A DNA stretch of 64,000 nucleotides from Heptranchias perlo. Its lineage: Eukaryota. The notes beneath the pieces were generated by a model. The model made no database searches. It saw only the letters and a list, made by a program, of their open reading frames with translations, and was not told the DNA's origin. The stretch is taken from positions 69,502,001-69,566,000 of the forward strand of contig NC_090333.1 of NCBI RefSeq assembly GCF_035084215.1, given 5' to 3'. Made by a program: the position numbers and the translations under genes. Shown here one piece after another: positions 62,859-64,000 of the stretch (position 1 is the first letter of the stretch; each line of letters begins with the position of its first letter).

Positions 62859-63959
62859 ATGGCTACTACTTATGAAGAATATATTGCTCCTCGGGGAACA
62901 CTGGTGAAGCCTTACTATTGGTTGCCTTTCAGTGAAAGGTGTCCAAAATGCCCATATCACATCAAAACTGGGGAAGAAGCCCGTGTTTCTTACGTGGAAT
63001 TTTATGAAACTTTTGGGTTTCCCTATGCTCAGCCACAGTCTGGCAGGCATCTGGTCTTCTATGAACTGAAGTTGTCATCTGGTACTTTAGTGCAGAAAGG
63101 ACACATAACTAACTGTACTTTATACCACCTTCATCCAGAATCCATGTTCTTCGAAATAGATGGCTATCTGGATACACTCATGGACTCCTACGATAACATT
63201 GCTTATATTACCCTCTACTCCAATTACACCCCGTGTAATGAAAGAGCCCACTACTGCATAAACAAACTGCAGGACTTCTTAGTAAATTATCCCAGCACTA
63301 GGTTGGATATTTATTTCTCTGCACTCTATCATATTGATGATTACTTTTCTGAATCTGGATGGAATAAAGAAGCTCTCCACAATTTGGCAGCACTTTGGCC
63401 TAGGGTGACCCTTAATCCCATCAGTAGTGGGACATGGCTGACTATTTTGCACAGGTTTGTGAATGGTGTGCCTCGGACAACACTTTACAACCCAGTTTCA
63501 CCTGAAAGAGCTTTCGCGGACTTGAGCAATGCCGATCAGATAGTTGCCATCACTGGAGTTAACCCTTCTTACCTAGACGTCGTGCCCCAGGTAAAACAAC
63601 ATCAAAAGCAACATTTCAAACCAGAAATCGTGAACTTATATCCCTTTTCACAAGCACTGCCTCCAATTCTGAATGGAATGGCATTAATATCTCCACATCA
63701 ACCATACATGAATCTTCCAAACATGCTGGCATTGCCTTTGTCTATGTACCCATTTCAAACACAGAACATTAAACCGAAGAATGTTGTGAGACATCTGAAT
63801 ATGCCCGATGCATCCAAATGGAAAAAACCAGCAACCCCATTACCACGCAACGTACAACTAACTGAAATAGTCGAAGTTTTTGAAGTTCCTGTGAAAAGAT
63901 CAACCAATTCAAAGAAACCAAGGAAGACAGGGAAAAAGAAAAAATCTACAAGGGATTAG
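62859..63959 (+). CDS. APOBEC4: APOBEC4, AID/APOBEC-family zinc-dependent deaminase-like protein (366 aa, single coding exon)
   Basis: Intact ORF with a strong start context (ATCATGG). It has the Zn motif HPE (H92/E94) ... SNYTPCNERAHYC (PCx6C spacing typical of APOBEC4), the N-terminal CPYHIKTGEEARV, the C-terminal VRHLNMP and a Lys-rich tail, all matching recalled APOBEC4 sequences. Confidence 0.96.
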   Translation: MATTYEEYIAPRGTLVKPYYWLPFSERCPKCPYHIKTGEEARVSYVEFYETFGFPYAQPQSGRHLVFYELKLSSGTLVQKGHITNCTLYHLHPESMFFEIDGYLDTLMDSYDNIAYITLYSNYTPCNERAHYCINKLQDFLVNYPSTRLDIYFSALYHIDDYFSESGWNKEALHNLAALWPRVTLNPISSGTWLTILHRFVNGVPRTTLYNPVSPERAFADLSNADQIVAITGVNPSYLDVVPQVKQHQKQHFKPEIVNLYPFSQALPPILNGMALISPHQPYMNLPNMLALPLSMYPFQTQNIKPKNVVRHLNMPDASKWKKPATPLPRNVQLTEIVEVFEVPVKRSTNSKKPRKTGKKKKSTRD

Positions 63960-64000
63960 CTGACAAAAACAGCTCTTTTAAACTGGGATAAACTTCAAAC

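Noticed and set aside
1-64000. CRISPR arrays, retrons or prokaryotic RT/deaminase defence systems
   Set aside because: The sequence is vertebrate, has no repeat-spacer array, and all RTs are non-LTR or Penelope retrotransposons. Their proximity to APOBEC4 is explained by genome-wide repeat density.

Overview
Vertebrate genomic DNA, most likely a shark or other elasmobranch, judged from its repeats (SacSINE1/DeuSINE-type SINEs, abundant CR1 and L2 LINEs, Penelope elements). The only convincing host coding region is an intact, single-exon APOBEC4 ORF at 62859-63959 (+). The rest is intronic or intergenic. By synteny with human, where APOBEC4 lies antisense inside an RGL1 intron, it is probably the long 5' intronic region of RGL1 on the minus strand, but no RGL1 core exon was recognised. 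A large part of the window is retroelement-derived, often nested: CR1 LINEs of several ages (one with an uninterrupted ~1.7 kb RT frame), L2 fragments, a second Jockey-group LINE, an L1/Tx1-like 3' end with a 13-bp TSD, a Penelope element with a GIY-YIG endonuclease and inverted pLTRs, tRNA-derived SINEs and MITE-like elements. The most notable observations are: (1) four Penelope-derived minimal hammerhead ribozyme motifs with compensatory base changes, two of them in ~120-130 nt stand-alone insertions; (2) an unexplained ~180-bp-arm inverted repeat and a perfect 37-bp inverted repeat; (3) a candidate RFX/forkhead promoter and first exon, plus a uORF-packed leader, for APOBEC4; (4) candidate alternative first exons of the presumed host gene. 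All family names come from recalled motifs, not database searches, and repeat boundaries are approximate unless a TSD is given.
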